Numbered from the stretch's first letter, positions 25,143-34,436 are shown. The stretch: 34,604 nt of DNA from Anaerotardibacter sp. (GCA_051878815.1 JBJEKV010000231.1:1-34604), one strand, 5' to 3'. Made by a program: numbers and translations. Notes: generated by a model not told the origin, from the letters alone.

Positions 25143-27843
25143 TCCATCGTGCGCTACAGTTTGCTACGGGGCAGAAGTTGCAGGATTCCTTGCAAAGAGG
25201 CTTAGGGGTAATGTCTCCCGCTACCAGTCTTTCAACATAAGGAGTAAGCAAAGTCTCAATCTTGTCCAAGTAGGATTGGAAATTGACCGTAACAGCATTG
25301 CTTTTATGGATATGGCCTGCAGCGTTGTACGCAATGGGGCTATACGAGCCTGCCAAAAATTCTTTCTGAGCTTTTGCGTTATAGGAGAGATAGAGCGCAG
25401 CAGCAGGGATTTTCTCAGGGAAAAGCTTGCTGATTGCGGAGGCGTAGATGAGCCCCTGCATTTTGTGGGGGAGCGTAACATCCAAGTCTTTCTCATCGTC
25501 AAATCCTGCACGGTGGCCGTTGACACTTCCCTTGTAATCAATCACGGCGAAATATTTGCCGTCTTTCGAGAAGTCAACGCGGTCAATGCGTCCGTTAAGA
25601 ACCGTACCTGCATAGAGCACCGGTTCGTTGTGCGTGCTTGCGGCGGTTTGGTTGTTTTGTTTTGCCTCCGACGCATTCTGATTTTCAGCGCCTTCGCGTT
25701 TTTCGTAACCATTGATTTCGAATTCGAAATATTGAGGCACGTATTCTTCAGGAAGGGCATACTGATTATCCAGACAGATCTCCAAGCGGGACTTCAAATT
25801 TTGGAGTTGTTCTTGTTCGATTGCGTTAGTTGCAACAAGTCTGCCGCTCAGTGGTTCAAGCGCGTATTGTTCTTCGATAGCCTGATTGAAGCAGGTCTCC
25901 AAAAGATCATGAGCATAAGCGCGGTCAACTTCAAAGAGAGAAAGCGTGTCATGTTCTTCTCTGAGCGTGTTGAAGAACGTTTCGAAAACGCTGTGGGCAA
26001 AAATGCCTTTTTCAAGAGCGCTAAAGCCCTCGTCCATTTCTTGCGTTCCTGTTTTGCGCTCATAGAACCAGCGATAGGGACAGTTGGCATATGACTCAAG
26101 CGCAGAAGGAGAGAGTACAGGATATGTAACGCCGTTAACTAAGCGGGTATGAACCAGCTTTTTCTCCAATGGTTTGAGAGAATTGGCAATCTCATCGTGA
26201 GAGATATCGTGAGTTTCGAAAGGAAGAAGAGCAGCGTTCAGGCTGATTTGTTCTTCGCCTTCAGAAACATATGCAGTGCATAGTGCTTTTGGCAAATCAA
26301 AGGCTGCTTTATCGTTTTCATTTTCCCTATAAAGGTTTACGAATTCATCCCACATGAAGGCAGGGTAGCATTCGGTTCCCTGATTAAGAACCAGACGTTC
26401 GCACACAAAACGCTTTTGGGCGCACGTCTGAAGGTGGCCAAATTGGTGGCGCATTATTGAAAGGTGCGACGTAGGCGTAAAAGCACCAATTTTTTCAAGA
26501 AGGGTCGTGGTGGCATTATGTTCTTCTGCTGCCTGGTACGTTTCGGAATCAAGGCAGGAAACAATAACTTCGCCAAAGGATTCTTTCTCAAACGTTGAGG
26601 CTCTATTCAAGTTTGCTATGACAAGGCTTGGAGTCTTCTCGGTTGAAGAGAACTGATAAGCAAGCGGAAGGTTTTCCAAAAGAGGAAGAAATTCGTCAGG
26701 AGTAAGGTTGAGCTGTCGTGCTCCCTGATAGAGGCTGCGCAATGCTTCCAGAGCAGAAAGCTGCTCCTTCATAAAGGCTGGCTTTGTCTTGAGATTTTCT
26801 TTGAGAAAGTCCTCAATGAATCCGAGCACAATTGACGCATCGGCATCCTCAAAGAGCTCCAAAAGATAATCAAGCGTAGGAGACTCTTGGAGTGCTTGTG
26901 CCAGCTGCTCTTCTTTTTCGATAAGTCTATTGCTGCGCCAAATAGCATCAAGTTGACTTGCGCGCTGCTTTGATGCGCCCGAGAGGCATGACAGGAGAAA
27001 ATCTGTTAGCCACGCACTGCCTGCGTACTCTTCCGTGAAGAAGTAGTAAAGAGCAAGAAAACCTTTACCAAAGCTGGTGTCAGAAAATGCTTTTGACGAA
27101 AGGAGCGCGTGGCTAATGTTTTTCTCTATGAGCGCAGGAGCAAGAGTTTCGTACAGCGAAGAAGGGTTTGGATGCACGATGAGGACTGAGTCCTCCTTCT
27201 CACGCTCAATAAAAGAGCGTATCTCTTCAAAAAGAAGGCGCGATTGAACGGTTTTTCCTGAAGAGAAAATGAAAGTAGGCTCAACAGAAGCTGGTAGTTT
27301 TTCTATGCACGCAGTAGGCATAGAAACAGAAATATTGTGGAGGGTAAGTGCTTCCTGGAAGTAGAGCGGGAGCACGCAAAAGCTTCCAAATGAGTATTCT
27401 TTTGTGAACACGAACTCAGGCAGAGCAAAAAGAGCACGTCCGGGCTCAATTAAGTTTAGCTGGGAAAGCTTCTGCTCGTATGCTTCAGAGAGACGCAACA
27501 CGTCTTGTTCTGCTTTAGAGAGGTTGCTTGGTAGGCAAGTTCGGGCCTGATCGAACGCTGGGACGCCAATAATATCGCCAAAAAACTGAGCAATGAGCAG
27601 GGCGGTGTTATTAGAAGAGGCAAGGGTAGGAAACTGCTTGAGCAAGTGATTAACAAGGAGAATGCGCTGATTTGAGGACACCAGAATTTGGCCTGTTCCC
27701 CATAAACCCCACATGTCTTCCAACCATAAAACAGGCGTAGTTGCACTGATGCCTAAGAGGGCATTAGTGCTGGTAGCTGATAAGTTTTTTGTGTAGGTAA
27801 GCGCCTGGGCATACGTTTGGAACCAAACCGTACGGTGTTTCAT
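25123..27843 (-). CDS. addB: AddB-like PD-(D/E)XK nuclease subunit with four-Cys Fe-S staple
   Basis: LSPSALESYANCPYRWF, KGIFAHSVFE, GRIDRVD..VIDYKG, Q..IY, CNFCPVANC. No Walker A seen. Start moved to ATG 27843 behind AAGGGGA (ORF track starts at 27987). Confidence 0.8.
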   Translation of the reverse strand: MKHRTVWFQTYAQALTYTKNLSATSTNALLGISATTPVLWLEDMWGLWGTGQILVSSNQRILLVNHLLKQFPTLASSNNTALLIAQFFGDIIGVPAFDQARTCLPSNLSKAEQDVLRLSEAYEQKLSQLNLIEPGRALFALPEFVFTKEYSFGSFCVLPLYFQEALTLHNISVSMPTACIEKLPASVEPTFIFSSGKTVQSRLLFEEIRSFIEREKEDSVLIVHPNPSSLYETLAPALIEKNISHALLSSKAFSDTSFGKGFLALYYFFTEEYAGSAWLTDFLLSCLSGASKQRASQLDAIWRSNRLIEKEEQLAQALQESPTLDYLLELFEDADASIVLGFIEDFLKENLKTKPAFMKEQLSALEALRSLYQGARQLNLTPDEFLPLLENLPLAYQFSSTEKTPSLVIANLNRASTFEKESFGEVIVSCLDSETYQAAEEHNATTTLLEKIGAFTPTSHLSIMRHQFGHLQTCAQKRFVCERLVLNQGTECYPAFMWDEFVNLYRENENDKAAFDLPKALCTAYVSEGEEQISLNAALLPFETHDISHDEIANSLKPLEKKLVHTRLVNGVTYPVLSPSALESYANCPYRWFYERKTGTQEMDEGFSALEKGIFAHSVFETFFNTLREEHDTLSLFEVDRAYAHDLLETCFNQAIEEQYALEPLSGRLVATNAIEQEQLQNLKSRLEICLDNQYALPEEYVPQYFEFEINGYEKREGAENQNASEAKQNNQTAASTHNEPVLYAGTVLNGRIDRVDFSKDGKYFAVIDYKGSVNGHRAGFDDEKDLDVTLPHKMQGLIYASAISKLFPEKIPAAALYLSYNAKAQKEFLAGSYSPIAYNAAGHIHKSNAVTVNFQSYLDKIETLLTPYVERLVAGDITPKPLCKESCNFCPVANCSARWNGTNHD

Positions 27844-27998
27844 GATTTCCCCTTTTATATTTGTCGAACTATAGTATGTCACGAAACAGCCGGTTATGTG
27901 GGTTATTAATGGGACAAGGCAGGATTGGCTGCCTATTACGCGCCGCGCTTTGCCGAAGCGTTGGGTTGCACTATTCGCGCCGCGCACCGCGTGACATG

Positions 27999-29558
27999 CT
28001 AGCTGCGGCGGCGATCTCTTCCGCTGGTTCGGTAGTAGTTGCGTTTGTCTGTGTACATGGAGAGGTCAGCGAACTTCGAGAGCTGGTCAAGGCTGCTCTC
28101 AGGATTGTCCCTGTGGAAGGCTACACCAACTGCAACTTCAACCTTTTCGATTGGAGGCTTAGACCAGTTAGCGCAAAGCGTGCGGAACTTCTGCTCTGCT
28201 TCGGCGAACTCTTCCTTGGTGCATTCAAGAATGACGGCGAATTCGTCTCCACCCAAGCGGTAGCACAAGCCATATTCGGAGAAGGCCATCAAAACACATT
28301 CGCCCGCGCCCTTAAGAAGGATGTCACCTGCGTAATGGCCAAGGGTGTCGTTAATTTCTTTAAGGCCATTTACGTCCAAAATAGCTATAGCGAAGTTCTC
28401 CGGAATGGCTTTTCCACTCATGTGGAGCAGCTGCTCAAAGTAGGCACGCTGATTGAAGAGGCCGGTAAGAGAGTCTGTAGTTGAAATAGTGCGAAGCTCT
28501 TCTTCCTGTTTCTTTTCTTCGTCAATATCGGAAAGTGACATGAGAAGAGACTCAGGGAGGTTGTTCTCACCACGGTTTATTACGCTGAAGGTAATACGGA
28601 GCCATTTTCCTTCGTTGCTCATAAAGTCACAGGAAATGGCAGTGTGCGTTTTGAGGCGTTCCTGAAGCGTGTCTGGATTGATGAAATGGAACACCTGATC
28701 ACGGTATTCGTTAGCGCAAACATACGCAATATGACCAAGATGCTCAAGACCAGCTTCCTGAGCTTCAGCGCAATCAGGCGTGTGGAAGGTGGAATCTTTA
28801 TCAAGAGAGACAAACTTGTTGTTTGGGAAATCAATAAAGTAGGTTGCAATAAACGAAGTTGAGAGTGAGTCAATAATGCGCTGGCGCAGAGTGCTTTGAG
28901 AGAAGGTTTGATCAAGCGTGTTATCAATATCTTGCTTGATGAAACTTAAGTAGTGAATAATGAGCATCAGCGCAACAATAGTCAACGCCAAATTAGTGAC
29001 GCGCATTTCTCCATCAATAGCCTGAAGAACGGTACCAAGAACCATAATGACCATGATGAGGATAAGGGAAAGGCGATTGTTCTTCTGATACTTATTGCCG
29101 AATGAAGTAAAGCTTGCAATAAGGATGATAAGCGCAATTGCTACTACCAAAAGATACGCAATATAGAGGGGACCGTGATGATAATGGAAGGTCTCATCAA
29201 CGTAGAAAACCAAACCAAACGGAATGGATACCAGCTGGAATAAGGCATTGCCAATAACCAGGCCGAAAGAAAACTTGTGAGCTTCTGGCTTCATGAAGTT
29301 GATGGCAACCAAGATGGCACACAGCGGAGTAACGGTGTAATCCAAATACTTTGAGATTACGAGGAAAATGCCATTTCCTAAAGAATTACCCGAGAGCTGT
29401 ACGCCTAACCATTCCGCGGCTATAGCTAAGGCAACGCATCCAATAGTGAGAGAAAAGAGGTTCTTATTCTTGGGGGGAAGAAGGGTGCTTTCTCTGATAA
29501 TTACCAGAGCCGTCCCCAAAGAAAGCAGGAGCATAAATGTAAGTGCGTTATACATCAT
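27999..29558 (-). CDS. Membrane-bound diguanylate cyclase (about 7 TM, linker or PAS-like region, GGDEF)
   Basis: Hydrophobic N-terminus. DSLTGLFN.RAY, DVNGLKEINDTLGH.AGD, YRLGGDEF. CAGGAG RBS. Confidence 0.9.
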   Translation of the reverse strand: MMYNALTFMLLLSLGTALVIIRESTLLPPKNKNLFSLTIGCVALAIAAEWLGVQLSGNSLGNGIFLVISKYLDYTVTPLCAILVAINFMKPEAHKFSFGLVIGNALFQLVSIPFGLVFYVDETFHYHHGPLYIAYLLVVAIALIILIASFTSFGNKYQKNNRLSLILIMVIMVLGTVLQAIDGEMRVTNLALTIVALMLIIHYLSFIKQDIDNTLDQTFSQSTLRQRIIDSLSTSFIATYFIDFPNNKFVSLDKDSTFHTPDCAEAQEAGLEHLGHIAYVCANEYRDQVFHFINPDTLQERLKTHTAISCDFMSNEGKWLRITFSVINRGENNLPESLLMSLSDIDEEKKQEEELRTISTTDSLTGLFNQRAYFEQLLHMSGKAIPENFAIAILDVNGLKEINDTLGHYAGDILLKGAGECVLMAFSEYGLCYRLGGDEFAVILECTKEEFAEAEQKFRTLCANWSKPPIEKVEVAVGVAFHRDNPESSLDQLSKFADLSMYTDKRNYYRTSGRDRRRS

Positions 29559-29875
29559 GGTAACTCCTGTCTATCTCCCTCAAAGTATTACAATTTTAGC
29601 CTAAGTAGCATAGGGTAGATGGTTCCAATAATGGGACAACCACACTTTTTGGACAATCCGCTCTCAACAGAGAAGCGAGCGTGCCTTTTGGCCAACAGTC
29701 ATTTTCATCATGTCTTTTTCTCGAAAAGAATTCGTGCTCTATAAAGGAAATCATATTTTTTCTGTAAACTGTGAACCTTAAGAAAAAATACAAATATTGA
29801 AGAATCAAAAACAGAAATCTATTACGAAAATCGTACGATTCGCATTGCTTCCCCTACTAATATGGAGACAGTTTT

Positions 29876-32008
29876 ATGACTTTGAACGAACACGATCCAA
29901 TATTTGAAGAAGAACAAAATCATCTTTCTGAAACGTATCAGGCTCTTTTAGGGCTTCAAGAAAGCCTCGTAAAAAAGATTGGCGAAATTGCCACCCAGGC
30001 TGCCGAAGACAAGGAAAACATGACTGAAGACATGTTGGCCAACTTGAACAGCTGGGATGAGGCAATGGAGACTTGGGCTGCGTTTGCGGCAATCGATCGC
30101 ATCATTGAGGCCAACAATTTGTCTCATGATTTGAACGTGGAAAAGCTCAACGATGTGCGCACTTTGTTGCCAAAGCCTTACTTCGCCAAAGTTGAACTTC
30201 AATTTAACCCTAACGCTCCGGCAAAGGAACTCTATATTGGCAACGCAGGCATTTCCGATGATGACTATCGCAGGCTAGTAATTGACTGGCGCTCGCCGGT
30301 AGCTGAGGTGTATTACAACCAGGATTTGGGACCAACTTCTTATAAGGCAAACGGACGCACGATTAATGCGGAGCTTAAGCTTCGCCGTCAGTTCGACCTT
30401 GAGCGCGACGTGCTCCATGCTTACTTTGACACCAATGTGGCTATCGAGGACTCGCTGTTGTTGGCGTCTCTCTCAAAACAGCGTTCCGAGAAGATGCAGG
30501 CCATTACGGCAACCATTCAAAAAGAGCAGAACACTGTGGTCCGTCATGAAGACGTGCCGGTGCTTTTAGTAAATGGAATTGCAGGTTCGGGCAAAACTTC
30601 TGTTTTGTTGCAGCGCATTGCCTATTTGTTCTACCAAAACCGAGAAGACTTAAGCCCTGAGCAGGTGTATCTCTTAACGCCAAACCCTGTTTTTTCTCGT
30701 TACATTGACGGCGTTTTGCCAGATTTGGGCGAAAAGAATCCTCAAATGGCAACCTGGGAAGATTTCTCAGGCGAATTGTTGCCAGAGGGAAGAAGTGGTA
30801 CTGATGTGCGCACCGAGATGGGCATGTTTGAGGTGGTAGATCAGGCCATTAAATCCTTACAGTTGGGCGAAAATGACTACAAAGACATCAAAAAGGATGA
30901 TGTTCGTTTCGTATCTGCCCAACAAATTGACAAAATTGCCCAGAAATTTAGTACTATTGCGCCGGGCCCTCACTTGATAACGCTCATCAGGGAAGAACTC
31001 CTCAAGCGTGTTAACGCGCGCATTAAGCAGTTGGGTTCTTCGGAGCGCGCACAAAATGAGGTTGAGACTCTCACTAATGCGCAGCAGTTAGAGCTCTTCG
31101 GCGAACAGGTAGCTATTGATAGCGAAGAGGATGCAAAGCGCTACGCCACCAAGATGATGCAAATTCGCTATGCAAGCGTTCTTGAGTCAGTGGAGAGAGA
31201 CGAGTGGCTTCGTATTGATCGCATTGGCATGCGTCTTACGGGAGAAACCCACCTTGATGATACGTTATGGCTGTATGTAAAGCAGGCTCTCACGGGTATG
31301 AGTGATGCTTCCGTCAAATATGTATTTATTGACGAAGTACAGGACTACACGAAAGCACAGCTCACTATTTTGGCTCGCTATTTCAGGCGCGCCCATTTCC
31401 TTCTTTTGGGAGACCAGTATCAGGCCATCAAAGAAGGAACGGCAACCTTCCCTGAGATTCGAGAGCTGTTCGAGAAAGCAATTGGCTCAGTAGAGGAGTG
31501 CAGATTGCTTACTAGTTATCGCTCCACTCCGGCAATCACGAACCTTTTCGCCAGCTTATTGAGCTCTGAGGAGCAGATGAATATCTCTTCCGTTCAGCGT
31601 AGCGAAGAGGAGCCTTTGGTGCGAGCATATGACAACGCCGAAGCATATTGGAATGAGTTGAGCCAAATCATTGATGCTGCTCATGCGAAAGAAGGCCTTA
31701 CGGCAATCATTGTTCCGTACAAGGATTTCGCGAAACGCCTGGTAAAAGAGTTGAATAAGCAGGGCGAAGAGAAGGTTATCGCGCTTGATAATAACGCAAC
31801 GCTTCCTTCAGCGGGTGTGGTGGCTATGCCGCTCAAGCTTGCAAAAGGTTTGGAGTTTGATCGCGTCATTATTCCTGAGGCAACGGTACAGAATTATCCT
31901 GACACCGAGGTCTCGCGCAATCGTCTTTACACGGCTATTTCTCGCGCAACACGAGAGGTTGCTATCCTTTCGAAGGGTGCAATGACAAAGTTGTTAAAGG
32001 CGGAATAA
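29876..32008 (+). CDS. helD: HelD-family RNA-polymerase-recycling SF1 helicase-like ATPase
   Basis: PYFAK, LYIG, IDWRSPVA.VYY, RRQF, I.ATIQKEQN, GIAGSGKTSVLLQRIAYL, IDEVQDY, LGD..Q, SYRST, KGLEFD, LYTAISRA. Confidence 0.85.
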   Translation: MTLNEHDPIFEEEQNHLSETYQALLGLQESLVKKIGEIATQAAEDKENMTEDMLANLNSWDEAMETWAAFAAIDRIIEANNLSHDLNVEKLNDVRTLLPKPYFAKVELQFNPNAPAKELYIGNAGISDDDYRRLVIDWRSPVAEVYYNQDLGPTSYKANGRTINAELKLRRQFDLERDVLHAYFDTNVAIEDSLLLASLSKQRSEKMQAITATIQKEQNTVVRHEDVPVLLVNGIAGSGKTSVLLQRIAYLFYQNREDLSPEQVYLLTPNPVFSRYIDGVLPDLGEKNPQMATWEDFSGELLPEGRSGTDVRTEMGMFEVVDQAIKSLQLGENDYKDIKKDDVRFVSAQQIDKIAQKFSTIAPGPHLITLIREELLKRVNARIKQLGSSERAQNEVETLTNAQQLELFGEQVAIDSEEDAKRYATKMMQIRYASVLESVERDEWLRIDRIGMRLTGETHLDDTLWLYVKQALTGMSDASVKYVFIDEVQDYTKAQLTILARYFRRAHFLLLGDQYQAIKEGTATFPEIRELFEKAIGSVEECRLLTSYRSTPAITNLFASLLSSEEQMNISSVQRSEEEPLVRAYDNAEAYWNELSQIIDAAHAKEGLTAIIVPYKDFAKRLVKELNKQGEEKVIALDNNATLPSAGVVAMPLKLAKGLEFDRVIIPEATVQNYPDTEVSRNRLYTAISRATREVAILSKGAMTKLLKAE

Positions 32009-32152
32009 GAGACGTTGCGACGAGGCAGCCTTGAGATGTGAGGTTTGGTTGCCTGTTAGTAGGTTAATTGTAGGGCGTGCAAGTTGTTTGCAGGTCAGCA
32101 AGAAAAACTGCCAGGAAGAGCGCTGGCGCGGGCCAAAAAGAAAGGAAACGCT

Positions 32153-33082
32153 TTGGCTATCTATAAAAGCATTGCAGAACTTATTGGCAACACTCCTTTG
32201 GTTGAGCTGGTCAATTACGTGCAAAACCACCAGCTCAACGCTACCCTTTTGGCGAAGGTTGAGTGTTTCAACCCAGCAGGTTCGGCAAAAGATCGCATTG
32301 CGAAATCAATGATCGAGGAAGCCGAAGCAGCCGGAAAACTTGATGAGAACACCGTAATCATCGAGCCTACTTCGGGAAATACGGGCATTGGCTTGTGTGC
32401 GCTGGCAGCAACGCGCGGCAACAAAGTAATTATTGTTATGCCTGAGACGATGTCAGTTGAACGTCAAAAGCTCATGAAGGCATACGGCGCGGAGCTCGTA
32501 TTGACACCCGGTGCCGAAGGAATGGCTGGTGCAATTGCGAAGGCTGAAGAGCTTGCTTCTGAAATGGATAACGCCCTTATTGCAGGCCAGTTTGTAAATC
32601 CCGCTAACCCAAAAGCCCATTTCGAAACGACCGGTCCTGAAATCTGGGAACAGACAGAGGGAAACGTTGATATCTTTGTTGCGGGCGTAGGTACGGGTGG
32701 AACTTTGTCAGGAGCAGGAGCGTACCTCAAGCAGCAAAACCCTGATGTGAAGGTGGTTGCGGTTGAGCCAAGCGGTTCACCTTTGTTATCAAAGGGATAC
32801 GCAGGTCCTCACAACTTGCAGGGAATTGGTGCAAATTTCGTTCCTGATACGCTTGATACCTCAATTTATGACGAGATTATTACGATAGAAAACGAAGAAG
32901 CCTATGAAGCAGGTCGTGAGCTTGCGGCAAAAGAAGGGCTTTTGGTAGGTATTTCCTCAGGCGCCGCGGTAGCTGCCGCGGCAAAACTTGCTGCTCGTCC
33001 AGAGAATGCGGGCAAAACTATTGTTGCGGTGTTGCCTGACACAGGCGAGCGTTATCTTTCAACAGAAATGTTCGCGTTTTAA
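32153..33082 (+). CDS. cysK: Cysteine synthase A (O-acetylserine sulfhydrylase)
   Basis: IGNTPLV, NPAGSAKDR (PLP lysine), EPTSGNTG, HFETTGPEIW, GVGTGGT, QGIGA, PDTGERYLST. Start moved to TTG 32153 behind GAAAGGA. Confidence 0.96.
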   Translation: MAIYKSIAELIGNTPLVELVNYVQNHQLNATLLAKVECFNPAGSAKDRIAKSMIEEAEAAGKLDENTVIIEPTSGNTGIGLCALAATRGNKVIIVMPETMSVERQKLMKAYGAELVLTPGAEGMAGAIAKAEELASEMDNALIAGQFVNPANPKAHFETTGPEIWEQTEGNVDIFVAGVGTGGTLSGAGAYLKQQNPDVKVVAVEPSGSPLLSKGYAGPHNLQGIGANFVPDTLDTSIYDEIITIENEEAYEAGRELAAKEGLLVGISSGAAVAAAAKLAARPENAGKTIVAVLPDTGERYLSTEMFAF

Positions 33083-33233
33083 TTTGCCTACAGTTCGTTA
33101 GGTAAAAGGTTTTCGTAAGTAACTAACTTAGAACCGGAGTGCAGCAACCTAACCAATAGTTATCGTTTTTAGCCAGTAGCTCAATGATTGCGTGATAGCT
33201 CTTGGCCCCGTTTATTACAAGTTGGGATTAGAC

Positions 33234-33809
33234 ATGAAACCAGAATCAACTTCGCAAGAAGCAATTTTGCAAGCAGCACGCGAGATTGTTGCAGAAGAAG
33301 GAATACACCAGGTCACTATGCGCAAAGTGGCAAGCAAGTGTTCTATTGCTTTGGGCACGTTTTATAACTATTACTCCAACAAAAACGAGCTCCTTTTAGC
33401 GGTAATTGAAAGTGTCTGGCGAGACATTTTCCATGCTGGCCGCACCCTGGAATCAAAACATCACGAAGTTGAAACAGTGGGATTCGTAGACTATGTCGAA
33501 TCGTTCTTTAAGCAGGTAACAAGAGGAGCGCAAGAATATCCAGGATTCCTTAGTGATCACTCGGCTGCTATTACGCAAGCTCATCGCCAGGAGGGAAAAG
33601 AGGTTATGGACGGAATCTTTTCCCATACGAAGCAAGAGTTGCTGACGTCTCTCCATAATGACCCAAACGTAAAAAAAGACACGTTTACCGCTGACTTTAC
33701 CGAAGAGAATTTTATCGAATTCGTGGTAGATAATCTCTTCGTAGCCCTAACGCAAGAAAAGCAAAGCAATCCAACATTCCTAAAAGTCATCAGTAAGATT
33801 CTGTACTAA
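33234..33809 (+). CDS. TetR/AcrR family transcriptional regulator
   Basis: ILQAAREIVAEEG...TMRKVASKCSIALGTFYNYYSNKNELL. Start at ATG 33234 preferred; GTG 33192 is possible. Confidence 0.9.
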   Translation: MKPESTSQEAILQAAREIVAEEGIHQVTMRKVASKCSIALGTFYNYYSNKNELLLAVIESVWRDIFHAGRTLESKHHEVETVGFVDYVESFFKQVTRGAQEYPGFLSDHSAAITQAHRQEGKEVMDGIFSHTKQELLTSLHNDPNVKKDTFTADFTEENFIEFVVDNLFVALTQEKQSNPTFLKVISKILY

Positions 33810-33867
33810 TTGGCGAAGTAAGAATATTTACTAATTTTCCGAAATTTCGATACGAAAACGTGATTTA

Positions 33868-33895
33868 TTGCCTAAAATGAACACTGTTCACTTAG
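33868..33895 (+). promoter_or_regulatory. Palindromic operator candidate upstream of the membrane-protein gene
   Basis: TGAACA-C-TGTTCA (33878-33890) flanked by CTAA and TTAG, just downstream of a TTGCCT -35-like hexamer. Confidence 0.55.
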
Positions 33896-33941
33896 AACCA
33901 TTGTGGGCCTCTTCATGGGCAAGACAACATAAGGTGGGATT

Positions 33942-34436
33942 GTGATGTACGAAGAAATGATGCAGGAAGCAAAAAAGGAATCTTTCGAAATGAACAAGGT
34001 AAGCAACCTTTTCAAAGTAAAAAAGCGCACCTTGCTTGCAGTGGCAGGATGTGTCTGGTTTCTTGCAGGATGCAATATCGTAAACCTGGGCTTAATTGCG
34101 TGGAGCTCTTTAGAGAGCATCAGCATGATCATTATTATGTTGGCGATTGTGGTGTTCTTCGCATTCGGCACGATGTTTTTCAAGATTACCATTAAGCACA
34201 CCAATCGAATTTTGGGCTATAAAGAGGCAACTCGTCCTGTGTGGGATTTCTTTGATGCGCGCGGATACGTCCTGATGGCAATTATGATGGGTGGCGGTAT
34301 TTTGCTGCGCAATTCTGGTTTCGTACCAGAAGTGTTTATCGCCTTTTTCTACACCGGTTTAGGAAGTGCGTTGGCGCTTGCGGGCGTGCTCTTTTTCGCC
34401 AAGTTCTTCGCTACTCGCGAAATCAGTAAGAAGTAA
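33942..34436 (+). CDS. Hypothetical 4-TM membrane protein
   Basis: Four hydrophobic segments; motifs LLAVAG.VW..AG.NI, FFD.RGY.LM.IMM.GGI.LR, FYTGLG.AL. Exact start uncertain (several Met codons). Confidence 0.75.
   Translation: MMYEEMMQEAKKESFEMNKVSNLFKVKKRTLLAVAGCVWFLAGCNIVNLGLIAWSSLESISMIIIMLAIVVFFAFGTMFFKITIKHTNRILGYKEATRPVWDFFDARGYVLMAIMMGGGILLRNSGFVPEVFIAFFYTGLGSALALAGVLFFAKFFATREISKK

Noticed and set aside
25114-26094. 326-aa plus-strand ORF opposite addB
   Set aside because: Antisense shadow of a well-supported gene with no recognisable domain.
25123-26130. Four-Cys PD-(D/E)XK domain as Cas4 or a defence nuclease
   Set aside because: It is the C-terminus of a ~900-aa protein coupled to an AddA-like helicase, which is the standard AddB arrangement.
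27864-27879. LexA (GAAC-N4-GTTC) box upstream of addB
   Set aside because: Only the left half matches (TCGAAC-TATA-GTATGT); too degenerate to call.
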